DNA of 64,000 nt, from NCBI GenBank assembly GCA_017480745.1, contig JAFUSA010000005.1, positions 4,462-68,461 of the forward strand, written 5' to 3'. How positions within the stretch are numbered: position 1 is the stretch's first letter; every line of letters begins with the position of its first letter. The stretch comes from Alphaproteobacteria bacterium. GTDB lineage: Bacteria > Pseudomonadota > Alphaproteobacteria > RF32 > CAG-239. Under the pieces are notes generated by a model. That model saw only the letters and a list, made by a program, of their open reading frames with translations. It made no database searches and was not told the DNA's origin. The position numbers and the translations under genes are program-made. This document shows, one piece after another, positions 28,582 through 38,211 of this stretch.

Positions 28582-29853
28582 ATGAAGTTTAAAACAGCGG
28601 CAATCATCGGTTTAACATCTGTGGCTACCATTTTTGGTGGTAAAAAAATGCATGCACAAGAAGTAACAGATACTAAGCCGGATATAACTACCACTGTTAC
28701 AAATAATCAGAATACTCCTTTACAGTCGCAATCTGTTGACAGCATAGACGGTATTTCCGGTGCAGATAGTTTGAGCACAATCCAGTTAGATCTTAAAAGC
28801 TACGGTATTGATACATCTAAGTTGAGTGCACGTTCTAAAACATGGGCAAAAATAGATTCCGTAAAACAAGCCATAATTGATTATTATGATGCGCTGACTT
28901 CTTTCAGACACACAGATTCTCTTAAACTTAATGATGAAGATATTTTATATTTAAGAATGATTATGGGCAAGATGGATTTACATATCGGGTCGTTTCACAA
29001 TTTTGGTCGGGAAAACAATTTGCAATATAATGCTCGCGATTTGATTGGTATAAAAACCGGGGAATTCAGTCGTCAGATTGCGGATGAGTGCAAACAATAT
29101 ATGAAACCGCGCAACGCTCCGGGCGGGGAATGTTTAAAATTTGTTAAGCATGTTTTGGCTATTAATGGTGAAATATCAGAGTCTTTTTTGAAATTTGCAT
29201 CTGCCTATCAAACAATTAATTATTTTAACAACTGTGATAATTTTTCCATGCGCAAAACAGTTTGGGCCGATACAAATAAATATCCAAAGGGATCAATTGG
29301 TGTTTGTCAACGCGGTCCGGGTGCGGTTGATGCACATATTTGGATTGCCGATGAACAAGATTCCACACACATTGCTACCGTTCAACATGATGGTAATGTG
29401 TTGCAATTTTTGCCGACAATTCAGCTTTCCGACATCAAATACGGTTATAATCCAGATGGCCATCGCGGCAGAAGAGGTCATTATGGAGATCCGTTTGTGG
29501 TGCTGAGGAATGATGATACCGTTAGTATGTATACCGCATGGCGTGAGTTAATGAACTCCGAAGTTCAGGATTTACCTAACAAAGCGTTAACCATTGCGGA
29601 AAGCAAAGATAAAGTAAATGTTGCTGATTTCAGTTTTAAAAATCTGTTTCATATTTTGCTTAAACAAAAAGATCAACTGTTTGCTAAGTTTAATCATATT
29701 GATGGCGAAGTGCAATGGACAACAAAGCATGAAGCTGTTAATTGGTTAAAGCAAAGTCCATATAAAAAACTCAGCAGATACACCAAAAACCGCAAAAGAG
29801 GTGTTAAACGTCCGACTAATGTTCTGCGATCACGTGGTGGAAGAACATTGTGA
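28582..29853 (+). CDS. Secreted hypothetical protein, possible papain-like (CHAP/NlpC-like) Cys-His hydrolase
   Basis: 423 aa. Signal-peptide-like N-terminus. Candidate catalytic pair GGECLKFVKHV ... VDAHIWIADE. Very basic C-terminal tail (KNRKRGVKRPTNVLRSRGGRTL). The domain call is tentative. Confidence 0.35.
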   Translation: MKFKTAAIIGLTSVATIFGGKKMHAQEVTDTKPDITTTVTNNQNTPLQSQSVDSIDGISGADSLSTIQLDLKSYGIDTSKLSARSKTWAKIDSVKQAIIDYYDALTSFRHTDSLKLNDEDILYLRMIMGKMDLHIGSFHNFGRENNLQYNARDLIGIKTGEFSRQIADECKQYMKPRNAPGGECLKFVKHVLAINGEISESFLKFASAYQTINYFNNCDNFSMRKTVWADTNKYPKGSIGVCQRGPGAVDAHIWIADEQDSTHIATVQHDGNVLQFLPTIQLSDIKYGYNPDGHRGRRGHYGDPFVVLRNDDTVSMYTAWRELMNSEVQDLPNKALTIAESKDKVNVADFSFKNLFHILLKQKDQLFAKFNHIDGEVQWTTKHEAVNWLKQSPYKKLSRYTKNRKRGVKRPTNVLRSRGGRTL

Positions 29854-30000
29854 TTTCTTTAATGTTAAAGTAACTCTGCTGATTTATGGAAATTAGCGGG
29901 GTTTTTGCTTGTTTTTTTTTGCAAAAAAATATTTGACTTTTAATTTTTTATAAAACAGACGTATATCAGTTGCTTCTTTTCTTATTAAAATCAAATATGT

Positions 30001-30897
30001 TTAGATGTGAAAAAGGTCTTTTCGGCGCAAATTTGCAGCAAAATCAATAATGGCATTGCTAACATCATCAGCCATTTGATAAAAATTGTCATTTTTTTGC
30101 AAATTATCCTCATCAGCATAAAGCGCGCGGTTAATTTCTAACTGCAAAGTATATATTTTACGTCGCGGTTGACAATAATTAAATGTTATATAGGCACCCG
30201 AATAAGGACAATTAAATTCCACATTATAATTTTTATCCCAAAAACGACCAGCGAAAAAATCGCTCATTTCTTGCGGACAACTTTGACTGAACAGGTTGCC
30301 TAAACAGATATCTATACCGGAGCGATCATCTATTATGGAACAAATCTTAGATGGCATTGAATGGCAATCAAGCACTAAGCAAAATCCAAATTTTCGCAAA
30401 CATTTATCTATAATTTTCTGCAATCGAGCATGATATACATCATAAACATTTTGCAAACGTTTTTGCACCTCATTATAATCAAGCAATCCTTTATACAAAG
30501 GTTCGCGCTTATAGTTTATGCGATGCACTACGCCAAGCCCCACTCTACAATGTTTGTCATATAAAATATCTTTGTTTTGCGGGTAGTTATAAAACATTGT
30601 CGGATCAAGTTCCAAGCGATCACGATTCAAATCAATAAACGTGCGCGATACAAGCATTTTTATAGTCGGAATCCCAGCATTAATCGCTGGTTCAAGCAGC
30701 TCATCCACCAACAAATCTTCGTTATGACGCATAGTTTTTTCATCACTATTTACTTGTGCTAAAAATTCCGGCGGGAAGTATGTTCCGCTATGAGGAACAG
30801 ATAAAACTAACGGGTATTGCAAATCGTTAATGTTATAATCCTTAAATACGCTTATATTGCTGTAATCAACTGCAAAATTTAATTTTTCGCTTTCCAT
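30001..30897 (-). CDS. N-formylglutamate amidohydrolase family protein
   Basis: 298 aa. VLSVPHSGTYFP, IDLNRD and LDCHSMPS motifs characteristic of the FGase family. Confidence 0.7.
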   Translation of the reverse strand: MESEKLNFAVDYSNISVFKDYNINDLQYPLVLSVPHSGTYFPPEFLAQVNSDEKTMRHNEDLLVDELLEPAINAGIPTIKMLVSRTFIDLNRDRLELDPTMFYNYPQNKDILYDKHCRVGLGVVHRINYKREPLYKGLLDYNEVQKRLQNVYDVYHARLQKIIDKCLRKFGFCLVLDCHSMPSKICSIIDDRSGIDICLGNLFSQSCPQEMSDFFAGRFWDKNYNVEFNCPYSGAYITFNYCQPRRKIYTLQLEINRALYADEDNLQKNDNFYQMADDVSNAIIDFAANLRRKDLFHI

Positions 30898-31177
30898 ACA
30901 AACCTGCTTTTTTTATGTTTCACTTTTTCGCATTACGAGACATTATAAAACTTATTTTTTAATTCGTCAAGACCTGCCTTAAAATATTGGGCAGGACCTT
31001 GACTTTTCAGGAATAAAACTATGAAAAAAACATCATAGACACCAAATAAAATAGTTCTTTATCGCACAAAAAACATATATCAAAAGCATAAAAAAACTCA
31101 ATAAATAGTTTAATAAGTAGCAAAATGTGGTTGTCAAACAATTTTAATAAACATAATCTCAACATAGGAGAAAATAA

Positions 31178-31423
31178 ATGAAAGAATTTGACTTTACTAA
31201 ACTGACTTTTGAAGACGCGTTGTCTCAACTTGAAAATATTGTGCGTGAACTTGAAGCCGGTAAAATAAAACTTGATGACGCCGTTGATGCGTATGAAAAA
31301 GCCACAACACTGAAAAAATTTTGCGAAGATAAGCTCAAAAACGCTCAGCTGAAAATAGAAAAAATAAATGTTGCATCCGATGGTACTATTAATACGGAAC
31401 CATTAGATAAAATAGAAGAATAA
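31178..31423 (+). CDS. xseB: Exodeoxyribonuclease VII small subunit
   Basis: 81 aa. FEDALSQLENIVRELEAGKIKLDDAVDAYEKA. Directly upstream of ispA, as in many proteobacteria. Confidence 0.85.
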   Translation: MKEFDFTKLTFEDALSQLENIVRELEAGKIKLDDAVDAYEKATTLKKFCEDKLKNAQLKIEKINVASDGTINTEPLDKIEE

Positions 31424-31425
31424 TA

Positions 31426-32322
31426 ATGACAGATATTGTAAAAACACTAACAGAATTTTCTCAAAAATTTAATCAAGATTTAGCTGCTTGTTTTTCTCCG
31501 GTGCAAGGCGCGGAAAATAGAGTGATTGAAGCAATGAAATATTCGGTTATGAACGGTGGAAAACGTTTACGCCCATATTTGCTGTGTGAGTGTGCCGCAC
31601 TTTTTGGAGTGGATTATGACACATCTTTTCCGGCAGCGGCATCTTTGGAAATGCTTCACTCATATTCTTTGATTCATGATGATTTGCCGGCAATGGATAA
31701 TGATGACCTGCGTCGCGGAAAACCGACTTGCCATAAGCAATTTGATGAGGCAACCGCAATTTTGGCCGGAGACGGTCTGTTAACATATGCTTTTAGCTAT
31801 CTTTCGCAAGCGTTGATAATTCGGCCGGAAATTCGCTTGACTTTGGTGCAGTTGCTTTCTGATGCAGCAGGAGCTTTCGGCGGCATGGTTAGTGGACAAA
31901 CATTAGATATTTACGCGGTTTCTTCTGCTGATGATACAGAAAATAAATCAATTATAGCGCGTTTGGAAGAAATGAAAACCGGTCGTTTGCTGCGTTATGC
32001 CTGCGAAGCAGGAGCCGTTTTGGGACAGGCCGATTTGGAAGACCGTAAAACTCTTGTAAGCTATTCGCGTAAAATAGGTCAGGCTTTTCAAATTGCCGAT
32101 GATATTTTAGATAGAATCGGTGATCAATCAGTAGTGGGCAAAACTTTACATAAAGACGAATCGCAGAATAAATTTACATATGTTGCTTGTTATGGTATAG
32201 AAAAAGCGCGCGAAAAAGCAAAAAAATTAACCAATGAAGCAATAGAAGAAATAGAAAAATTTGGTGCAAAGGCCGAAAATCTCCAGCTTTTAGCAAAATA
32301 TATCATTGAAAGAAATTATTAA
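31426..32322 (+). CDS. ispA: Farnesyl diphosphate synthase (polyprenyl synthetase family)
   Basis: LIHDDLPAMDNDDLRRGKPT (first DDxxD region) and FQIADDILD (second). Confidence 0.85.
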   Translation: MTDIVKTLTEFSQKFNQDLAACFSPVQGAENRVIEAMKYSVMNGGKRLRPYLLCECAALFGVDYDTSFPAAASLEMLHSYSLIHDDLPAMDNDDLRRGKPTCHKQFDEATAILAGDGLLTYAFSYLSQALIIRPEIRLTLVQLLSDAAGAFGGMVSGQTLDIYAVSSADDTENKSIIARLEEMKTGRLLRYACEAGAVLGQADLEDRKTLVSYSRKIGQAFQIADDILDRIGDQSVVGKTLHKDESQNKFTYVACYGIEKAREKAKKLTNEAIEEIEKFGAKAENLQLLAKYIIERNY

Positions 32323-32397
32323 AAAAATTGTTGCATTTTTGTTACAAATGTGATATATTTAAGCTATAAGATATAATTATGAGGATGGAGGTGTGCC

Positions 32398-32844
32398 ATG
32401 ATTGATAATAAACCTTCCGAAGGCTTGAGCTTTATGATGAAGTTGAACAATGCCGCTTTTGATAAAAAGGAATTGGTTCGACTGGCTCACGAGGCAATTA
32501 TGGATTCTCACGACCAACGTACGTTTGTTGAACGTAAGGGTAAGGATTTACGGGTTAACCCGACCAGTATAAATTTAGGGGCAACCGTAGGTATGGGGCA
32601 TGCAATATTGAACCATAATCTTTCTACTAACGATAAGTTAAATATGGTTATGAAAAAATACATAGATTTAACGGTTAAAGATAATCCGGATATCAGTAAA
32701 GAAAGTGCTCTGAATAGTTTTTGCAAAGATTTTGCCAAGAGTTATCCTGAAGAATATGGTGCAAAAAGTGGCGAACATACCCGACAAAATGCCCTGAACC
32801 CTCTTTTGAAAGCAAAAATCGTGGCTCAACAATATCAAACATAG
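32398..32844 (+). CDS. Hypothetical protein
   Basis: 148 aa. ATG after GGAGG. Followed by a GC hairpin plus T-run at ~32908-32935. I recognise no family. Confidence 0.4.
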   Translation: MIDNKPSEGLSFMMKLNNAAFDKKELVRLAHEAIMDSHDQRTFVERKGKDLRVNPTSINLGATVGMGHAILNHNLSTNDKLNMVMKKYIDLTVKDNPDISKESALNSFCKDFAKSYPEEYGAKSGEHTRQNALNPLLKAKIVAQQYQT

Positions 32845-32950
32845 TTATATTTTAAGAATAATCTCTCATACTTTTCATCATTTCATTCTCCTTTCCCGCC
32901 GCTCGATTTTTCGGGCGGCGGTTTTAATTTCCTTAACGTTCGCCTAATTA

Positions 32951-33610
32951 TTATTCAGTCCAATAAGTTGAGTTGGCATCAACATCAAATAATAAACCCA
33001 AAAATGAATGACCATCTTCACAAAATTTCACTGATGTATCAATGTCAACCGGAACATGTAAATATTGATATTTTGTATCAACGTCAGGTGAAGTTATTAT
33101 TTTTACTCCGGCAGAAGTCCAATCATATGTGATAAGTTCTACACAGGCTTCTTCAGGAATATTAGTAAACCAGATACCAAAAGCTTTATTATCTCCACCA
33201 AATATTCCCTCACTTTTATCGATTGCTCCAAAACTATTTATACTTTCTCCAAAAGCACTTGTCATGCCGGTAATTTTTCCTGTGGATCTATCAAATATCA
33301 ACATTTCATCCGGCACTAACTTTGCTTTTTGAATAATTGCTTTTCCTGTATCTGTTGACAAATCTAATCCCGCATAATTTCCCTGAGGAGCAAAAAAAGT
33401 CCGCACATTACCGGCGATGAGAGTTATTTGCTCAATAGTTTTGTTAATTCTATACTTCATCATCGCCTTGCTGTATCCGGCGATTCCGCCTACCGATAAA
33501 ACGCCGATGATGGCAAGAACGCCCAACATCTCTATCATTGAACGTCCGGATTGGCTCCCTCGCCCCTTGCGGGAGAGAGAATCATTATTTTTTATTTTTA
33601 AGTTTCTCAT
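32951..33610 (-). CDS. Type IV pilin-like protein P3
   Basis: MRNLKIKNNDSLSRKGRGSQSG|RSMIEMLGVLAIIGVLSVGGIAGYSKAM. Same SD context as P2, P4 and P5. Confidence 0.85.
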   Translation of the reverse strand: MRNLKIKNNDSLSRKGRGSQSGRSMIEMLGVLAIIGVLSVGGIAGYSKAMMKYRINKTIEQITLIAGNVRTFFAPQGNYAGLDLSTDTGKAIIQKAKLVPDEMLIFDRSTGKITGMTSAFGESINSFGAIDKSEGIFGGDNKAFGIWFTNIPEEACVELITYDWTSAGVKIITSPDVDTKYQYLHVPVDIDTSVKFCEDGHSFLGLLFDVDANSTYWTE

Positions 33611-33852
33611 AGTAAACTTCCTTTCATTTAACTAAATCACTAATAAAAACGACACCGCCCGATAAAGGCGGCCGGAAGTTGACGACTATTTTAGCTTAAA
33701 TAGTGTTGCGTATTCGCATATAACCTATTCCGCAACCTTCCAGCCACAGCTGGATTTTTTACGCCCATAAGGCGAAGCTAAAAGAGGTCGTCAAACCCCA
33801 GACAAGTTACCTTATCTTGTCTTTACTATATCATAAAAAACTTAAAAGTCAA
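33611..33852 (-). promoter_or_regulatory. Promoter plus type A structured leader (P3 copy)
   Basis: Minus strand: TTGACT (33847-33852), TGaTATAGT (-10 at 33825-33830). H1 AGAUAAG-GUAA-CUUGUCU (33800-33817). Box (33672-33683). Hairpin CCGCC..GGCGG (33655-33671). SD (33615-33621). Confidence 0.75.
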
Positions 33853-33911
33853 ACATTTTTATGAAAAATGCGCAAAATACGGTTGTTATTCGAGTATGAC
33901 ATAAATACATC

Positions 33912-34805
33912 TTATTTAAAACTATATCCTCTCAGCAACTCGGCAATACTCATTGTTCGCTTGCCCTGACGCTGAATTTGCGTAATATTCAACGAACCAC
34001 CGCTAACCCCAATATGTAACTCATTGCCTGCTTGTTTGATTGTTCCGACAGGCAGAGAAACGTCGCCTTTTTCTGCTCGTATAATCTTAAATCTTTCGCC
34101 GTTATACTCAAAATACATTGCCGGATATGGGCTGAAAGCACGAATCTTATTATAAAGAGCATCTACTGACTGTGTAAAATCCAGCAAGCACTCGGCTTTA
34201 TCTATTTTTTGCGCATAACAGGCCAAAGCATCATCTTGTTTTTGCGGAGAATATTTTTTTACATCTGACAAAACATCACTAATTAAATCTGCACCAAGCA
34301 CTGCTAATTTATCGTGCAATTCTTCACCGTCAGTATGCGGAGAAATTGCCACTATTCCTTTATGCAACATATCTCCGGTATCCAGTCCCTCAGCGACCTG
34401 CATAATTGTAACTCCGCTTTGTGTATCTCCGGCTTCTATAGCTCTTTGTATTGGTGCTGCACCACGCCAACGCGGTAATAATGAAGCATGAATATTCAAA
34501 CACCCTAACGGACAAGCCTCTAAAACAGGCTTAGGCAAAATCAGACCGTAAGCAGCCACCACCGCAACATCGGCTTTCAAATCCGCAAACTTCTGCTGTT
34601 CCTCAACATTTCGCAATGTTTTAGGGGTGCGAACTTCTATGCCGTTTTCTTCTGCCAATAAATGTATAGGAGTTTTATTTAACTTATTTCCTCTACCCGC
34701 CGGCTTTGGCTCACGGGTATAAACGCAAATAACGTTATGTTCCCTGATCAAACGGCGGAGCGCCGGCACAGCAAAGTCCGGCGTTCCCATAAATACGACT
34801 TTCAT
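33912..34805 (-). CDS. fmt: Methionyl-tRNA formyltransferase
   Basis: MKVVFMGTPDFAVP..., HASLLPRWRGAAPIQRAI. Confidence 0.9.
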   Translation of the reverse strand: MKVVFMGTPDFAVPALRRLIREHNVICVYTREPKPAGRGNKLNKTPIHLLAEENGIEVRTPKTLRNVEEQQKFADLKADVAVVAAYGLILPKPVLEACPLGCLNIHASLLPRWRGAAPIQRAIEAGDTQSGVTIMQVAEGLDTGDMLHKGIVAISPHTDGEELHDKLAVLGADLISDVLSDVKKYSPQKQDDALACYAQKIDKAECLLDFTQSVDALYNKIRAFSPYPAMYFEYNGERFKIIRAEKGDVSLPVGTIKQAGNELHIGVSGGSLNITQIQRQGKRTMSIAELLRGYSFK

Positions 34806-36676
34806 TATTCGCTTAATCCCATACGATTATAGTTTACTTCAATTTTATAATCTTTGGCATAATCATTTAATAATGCCTCGGACATCTCGTGAGTAATTTC
34901 CGCATATAATGCTTGATTCAAAAAAGCTTTGTCCTCATCGCTCAATGATTTGGAATCATCATAGATATTGGTGGTTTCGGCAATAATGTAGTCATCCCCT
35001 GCTTTTATAATCTGCGGTTCGTTCTTAGCAGCCGTAAACAAGTCTTCCATTTCCTTAAACGAAAGATTATCCAAAGACTCTCCCTTAGTTACCGGCATAG
35101 TGTTTTTAGCTGTCAGATTATAGCGTTTGGCGACTGTTGATACATCATCTCCGGCATCAAAATCATGCTGAATATTTTCAACGGTTTCCTGCACAATTGC
35201 GTTACGTTCATAATCAGCCCACAAAGCTTTTAACTTTTCATCGGCTTCTTCACGCGGTAATTTATGTTGATCGATTATTTCATCTATTTGCACAACAGCA
35301 ATTCCGCCATCTGTTTCAACGGCTTGACTTATTTCTCCCTCGTTATAGGAAAAAGCGGCTTCAATAAAATCAGCAGTATTCAACACTCCTTGCAAACTAT
35401 CATCAACAGATTCTGCTTTTCCTTCCTCAGTTAAAGCTTTAACTTTGATTAACGGAACTTCATAAGCAGCAGCAATTTCAGACAAAGTCACTCCGGCACC
35501 CAATTTATCTTCAATCTGAGCAATTATTTCATAGCTATCATCATATACTTTATCCTGACGAAGTTCGGCAATAATTTGTTTATTTGCTTCTTCCTTAGAC
35601 GTTTTTTGCGGAGCCGTAATGGAAGTTACTTTCAAAATCTGCCAACTGTCGGCAATATTTGTAACTTCGGAAATTTCCCCCTCAGACAAAGCAAAAATAA
35701 CATCTGCCAATTCTTCCGCAACATCGTTTACACTAACATTGCCCAAATCAGTTTCTTCCACGCTCTGCCCGTTTTCGGCGGCAACCGTTGTAAAATCGTT
35801 TCCTTGCTTTAACTTAGCATAAGCAACATCGGCAGCTTCCTTGGATGTGAAAACCATTTGTAAAACGCCGCGTTGTTCCGGTTGTTCAAATTGCTCTATG
35901 TTTTCTTTGTAGTAGGCTTCAATTTCTTCCGGCGATACTTCTATTTTGTTTAATAAATCATCTTGCGACAAATACATTACAGTAACATTACGAACCTCTG
36001 GAACCATAAACTCTGCTTCCATAGAATCATAGAGCTCATCTAACTCTTCCTGATCTGGCTCACGCGTAATCTTAGTATCATTATAAATCAACTTTGCAAA
36101 TTTAAATGTCCGTCGTTGACCCAACACTTTTTCCATTTGTGCCTGCAAAACCTGCGGAACATTGGCATAAGCCACTTGCGAATCCAAAATAACCTTGCGC
36201 GCAACATTGCGTTTGATTTCGGCAATCAAATCTCCCTCAGTCTTTCCGGAGCGGCTCAAAAACCAATTATACAGCTCTCTATCAAATTTGCCGTTGTTAT
36301 TGAATTGCGGCATATTGAAGATTATTTCTCTGATTAAATTTTCCGTAAAATCTATATTATATTTACGCATAGTATTTTCAATAATAGCATCATTTAGCTT
36401 AGATTTCGCCAACCCTAAAATAACTTGCGCTTTTTGTTCTTCATCATCATCCATATTTATATTTATGTTTTTTAAGGCGGTTAACTCGTGTTGCAACATA
36501 AAGGCAAACTCATTTTGTGTGATGGCTATATCGTCAACTTTAATAACCGTTTTGTTACTGTTAGCGGTGTTAATATAACCGGAAACACCGAACAAAGACA
36601 TAAAACTCAGTGCCGTTACCGATAATACAATTTTGGTAAACAAACTATTGTGCATTTTCGCAAATTTATTAATCAT
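34805..36676 (-). CDS. PpiD-like periplasmic chaperone / peptidyl-prolyl isomerase domain protein
   Basis: 623 aa. N-terminal TM anchor, then a SurA-N-like and parvulin-like architecture. Assignment rests on size, layout and weak motif memory. Confidence 0.55.
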   Translation of the reverse strand: MINKFAKMHNSLFTKIVLSVTALSFMSLFGVSGYINTANSNKTVIKVDDIAITQNEFAFMLQHELTALKNININMDDDEEQKAQVILGLAKSKLNDAIIENTMRKYNIDFTENLIREIIFNMPQFNNNGKFDRELYNWFLSRSGKTEGDLIAEIKRNVARKVILDSQVAYANVPQVLQAQMEKVLGQRRTFKFAKLIYNDTKITREPDQEELDELYDSMEAEFMVPEVRNVTVMYLSQDDLLNKIEVSPEEIEAYYKENIEQFEQPEQRGVLQMVFTSKEAADVAYAKLKQGNDFTTVAAENGQSVEETDLGNVSVNDVAEELADVIFALSEGEISEVTNIADSWQILKVTSITAPQKTSKEEANKQIIAELRQDKVYDDSYEIIAQIEDKLGAGVTLSEIAAAYEVPLIKVKALTEEGKAESVDDSLQGVLNTADFIEAAFSYNEGEISQAVETDGGIAVVQIDEIIDQHKLPREEADEKLKALWADYERNAIVQETVENIQHDFDAGDDVSTVAKRYNLTAKNTMPVTKGESLDNLSFKEMEDLFTAAKNEPQIIKAGDDYIIAETTNIYDDSKSLSDEDKAFLNQALYAEITHEMSEALLNDYAKDYKIEVNYNRMGLSE

Positions 36677-36858
36677 CTTAACATCCTGTTTAAATTATTT
36701 TCTCCCCTATTATAGAAATATAATTAATAAAAGCAATTTTTAAATTGATTTTTACCACATAATAAAATAGTGGCTAAGTTGCTTTTTTTGTAGAAAATTA
36801 TTTTTTAGTGTGATAATAGAGTCTAAGTTTGTATATTTTTTAGTATGAGGTTTACATT

Positions 36859-37617
36859 ATGATAAGAAAAAAACTTATTGCCGGTAATTGGAAAATGAAT
36901 TGTCTGAGCAAAGATGGAACTGCTTTGGCACAAGCGATTGCTACCGAAGTTAAAGCCAATAAATTCAACTGCGACTTTTTGATTTGTCCGCCTTTCACAT
37001 TGTTAGGCCTAATCAAAAAATGCTTGCGTGGGTCCAAAATCGCATTAGGTTCCCAAGATGTTCATTTTGCCGAAAAAGGTGCACATACTGGTGATATAAG
37101 TCCTTTAATGTTAACCGATTTGGGATGTGGTTATGCCATTATCGGTCATTCCGAACGTCGTGTTGATCATTTTGAAAGTAATGAATTGGTGTGCAAAAAA
37201 GCCGTTGCGGCTCATAATGCCGGACTTAACACGGTTATTTGTATCGGAGAAAGTGAAAAAGAACGCGAGGCCGGTGAAACAATTAAAGTTTGCCAATCTC
37301 AAATAGAAGGTTCCGTGCCAAACGATGCAACTGCAAAAAATACAGTAATTGCATACGAACCTATTTGGGCTATCGGAACAGGAAAAACGCCAACTTCGGC
37401 AGATGTTCAGGAAGTTCATGCTGCTATTCGCAAAGCTTTGGCTAAAAAATTGGGCACTGCCGTAGCCAACAGAATGCGCATATTATACGGCGGCTCGGTT
37501 AAACCTAATAATGCCGCAGAATTACTTTCTTTGCCGGATGTTGACGGAGCACTTATCGGTGGTGCAAGTCTGAAAGCCGATGACTTTATTAATATTGCTA
37601 AAAATGTTTGTAAGTAA
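36859..37617 (+). CDS. tpiA: Triosephosphate isomerase
   Basis: LIAGNWKMN, IIGHSERR, AYEPIWAIGTG. Confidence 0.9.
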   Translation: MIRKKLIAGNWKMNCLSKDGTALAQAIATEVKANKFNCDFLICPPFTLLGLIKKCLRGSKIALGSQDVHFAEKGAHTGDISPLMLTDLGCGYAIIGHSERRVDHFESNELVCKKAVAAHNAGLNTVICIGESEKEREAGETIKVCQSQIEGSVPNDATAKNTVIAYEPIWAIGTGKTPTSADVQEVHAAIRKALAKKLGTAVANRMRILYGGSVKPNNAAELLSLPDVDGALIGGASLKADDFINIAKNVCK

Positions 37618-37628
37618 GGGAGATTATA

Positions 37629-38126
37629 ATGGGTACTGTATTGTTGGTTTTACAGTTAATTGTAGCTATCTTTTTAGTAGCGGTTATTTTATTGCAACGT
37701 TCTAACGGCGGTGCATTGAGCGGATTGGGTGGTGACAGCGGAATAGGCGGTTTGTTGAGCGCTCGCGGTAAAGGCAATATTTTAACCCGCACGACCGCTG
37801 TTTTAGCAACTCTGTTTTTTGCATTGAGTATGGCTATATCCATTTATTTCAGTCGTGTAGAAGTTAAAAGAACATCTATTGTAGATGCTGTTGCCGAAAA
37901 TACCATACCGGCAGAACAAAATGCTGATGTTAACACTTTGGATGCTCAAAATACTCCTGATGCGGAAGAAAATACGGTTTCCACACCGATTGAAAACACT
38001 ACCGTATCAGCAGAAGTCGCTCCTGAATCCAATAACGAATCGGTTGAAGCAATTGCCGGCGAATCGATGGAATCCGAAGCGCAACAGCAAGAACAGGACG
38101 AGCCGGAAGTTCCTGTTGCGGAGTAA
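37629..38126 (+). CDS. secG: Preprotein translocase subunit SecG with long acidic C-terminal extension
   Basis: N-terminal ~75 aa match the SecG layout (LLQRSNGG..GLGG). tpiA-secG-pyrG context. The extra ~85 aa tail is rich in E/A/N/T. Confidence 0.75.
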   Translation: MGTVLLVLQLIVAIFLVAVILLQRSNGGALSGLGGDSGIGGLLSARGKGNILTRTTAVLATLFFALSMAISIYFSRVEVKRTSIVDAVAENTIPAEQNADVNTLDAQNTPDAEENTVSTPIENTTVSAEVAPESNNESVEAIAGESMESEAQQQEQDEPEVPVAE

Positions 38127-38211
38127 GTTTTGCGTAGTTTGACCGACATATAGGCACTTTTTACAGAGTGCCTTTGTCGCTTTTTATGGAATATTGAAAA
38201 AGGAAAAATAT

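Noticed and set aside
27892-29960. Prophage or integrative island at tRNA-Lys
   Set aside because: No integrase, capsid, terminase or other phage genes are present. I found no direct repeat of the tRNA 3' end. Only the lysin-like peptidase and AT-rich spacer hint at it, so it is kept as a low-key remark under the M15 finding.
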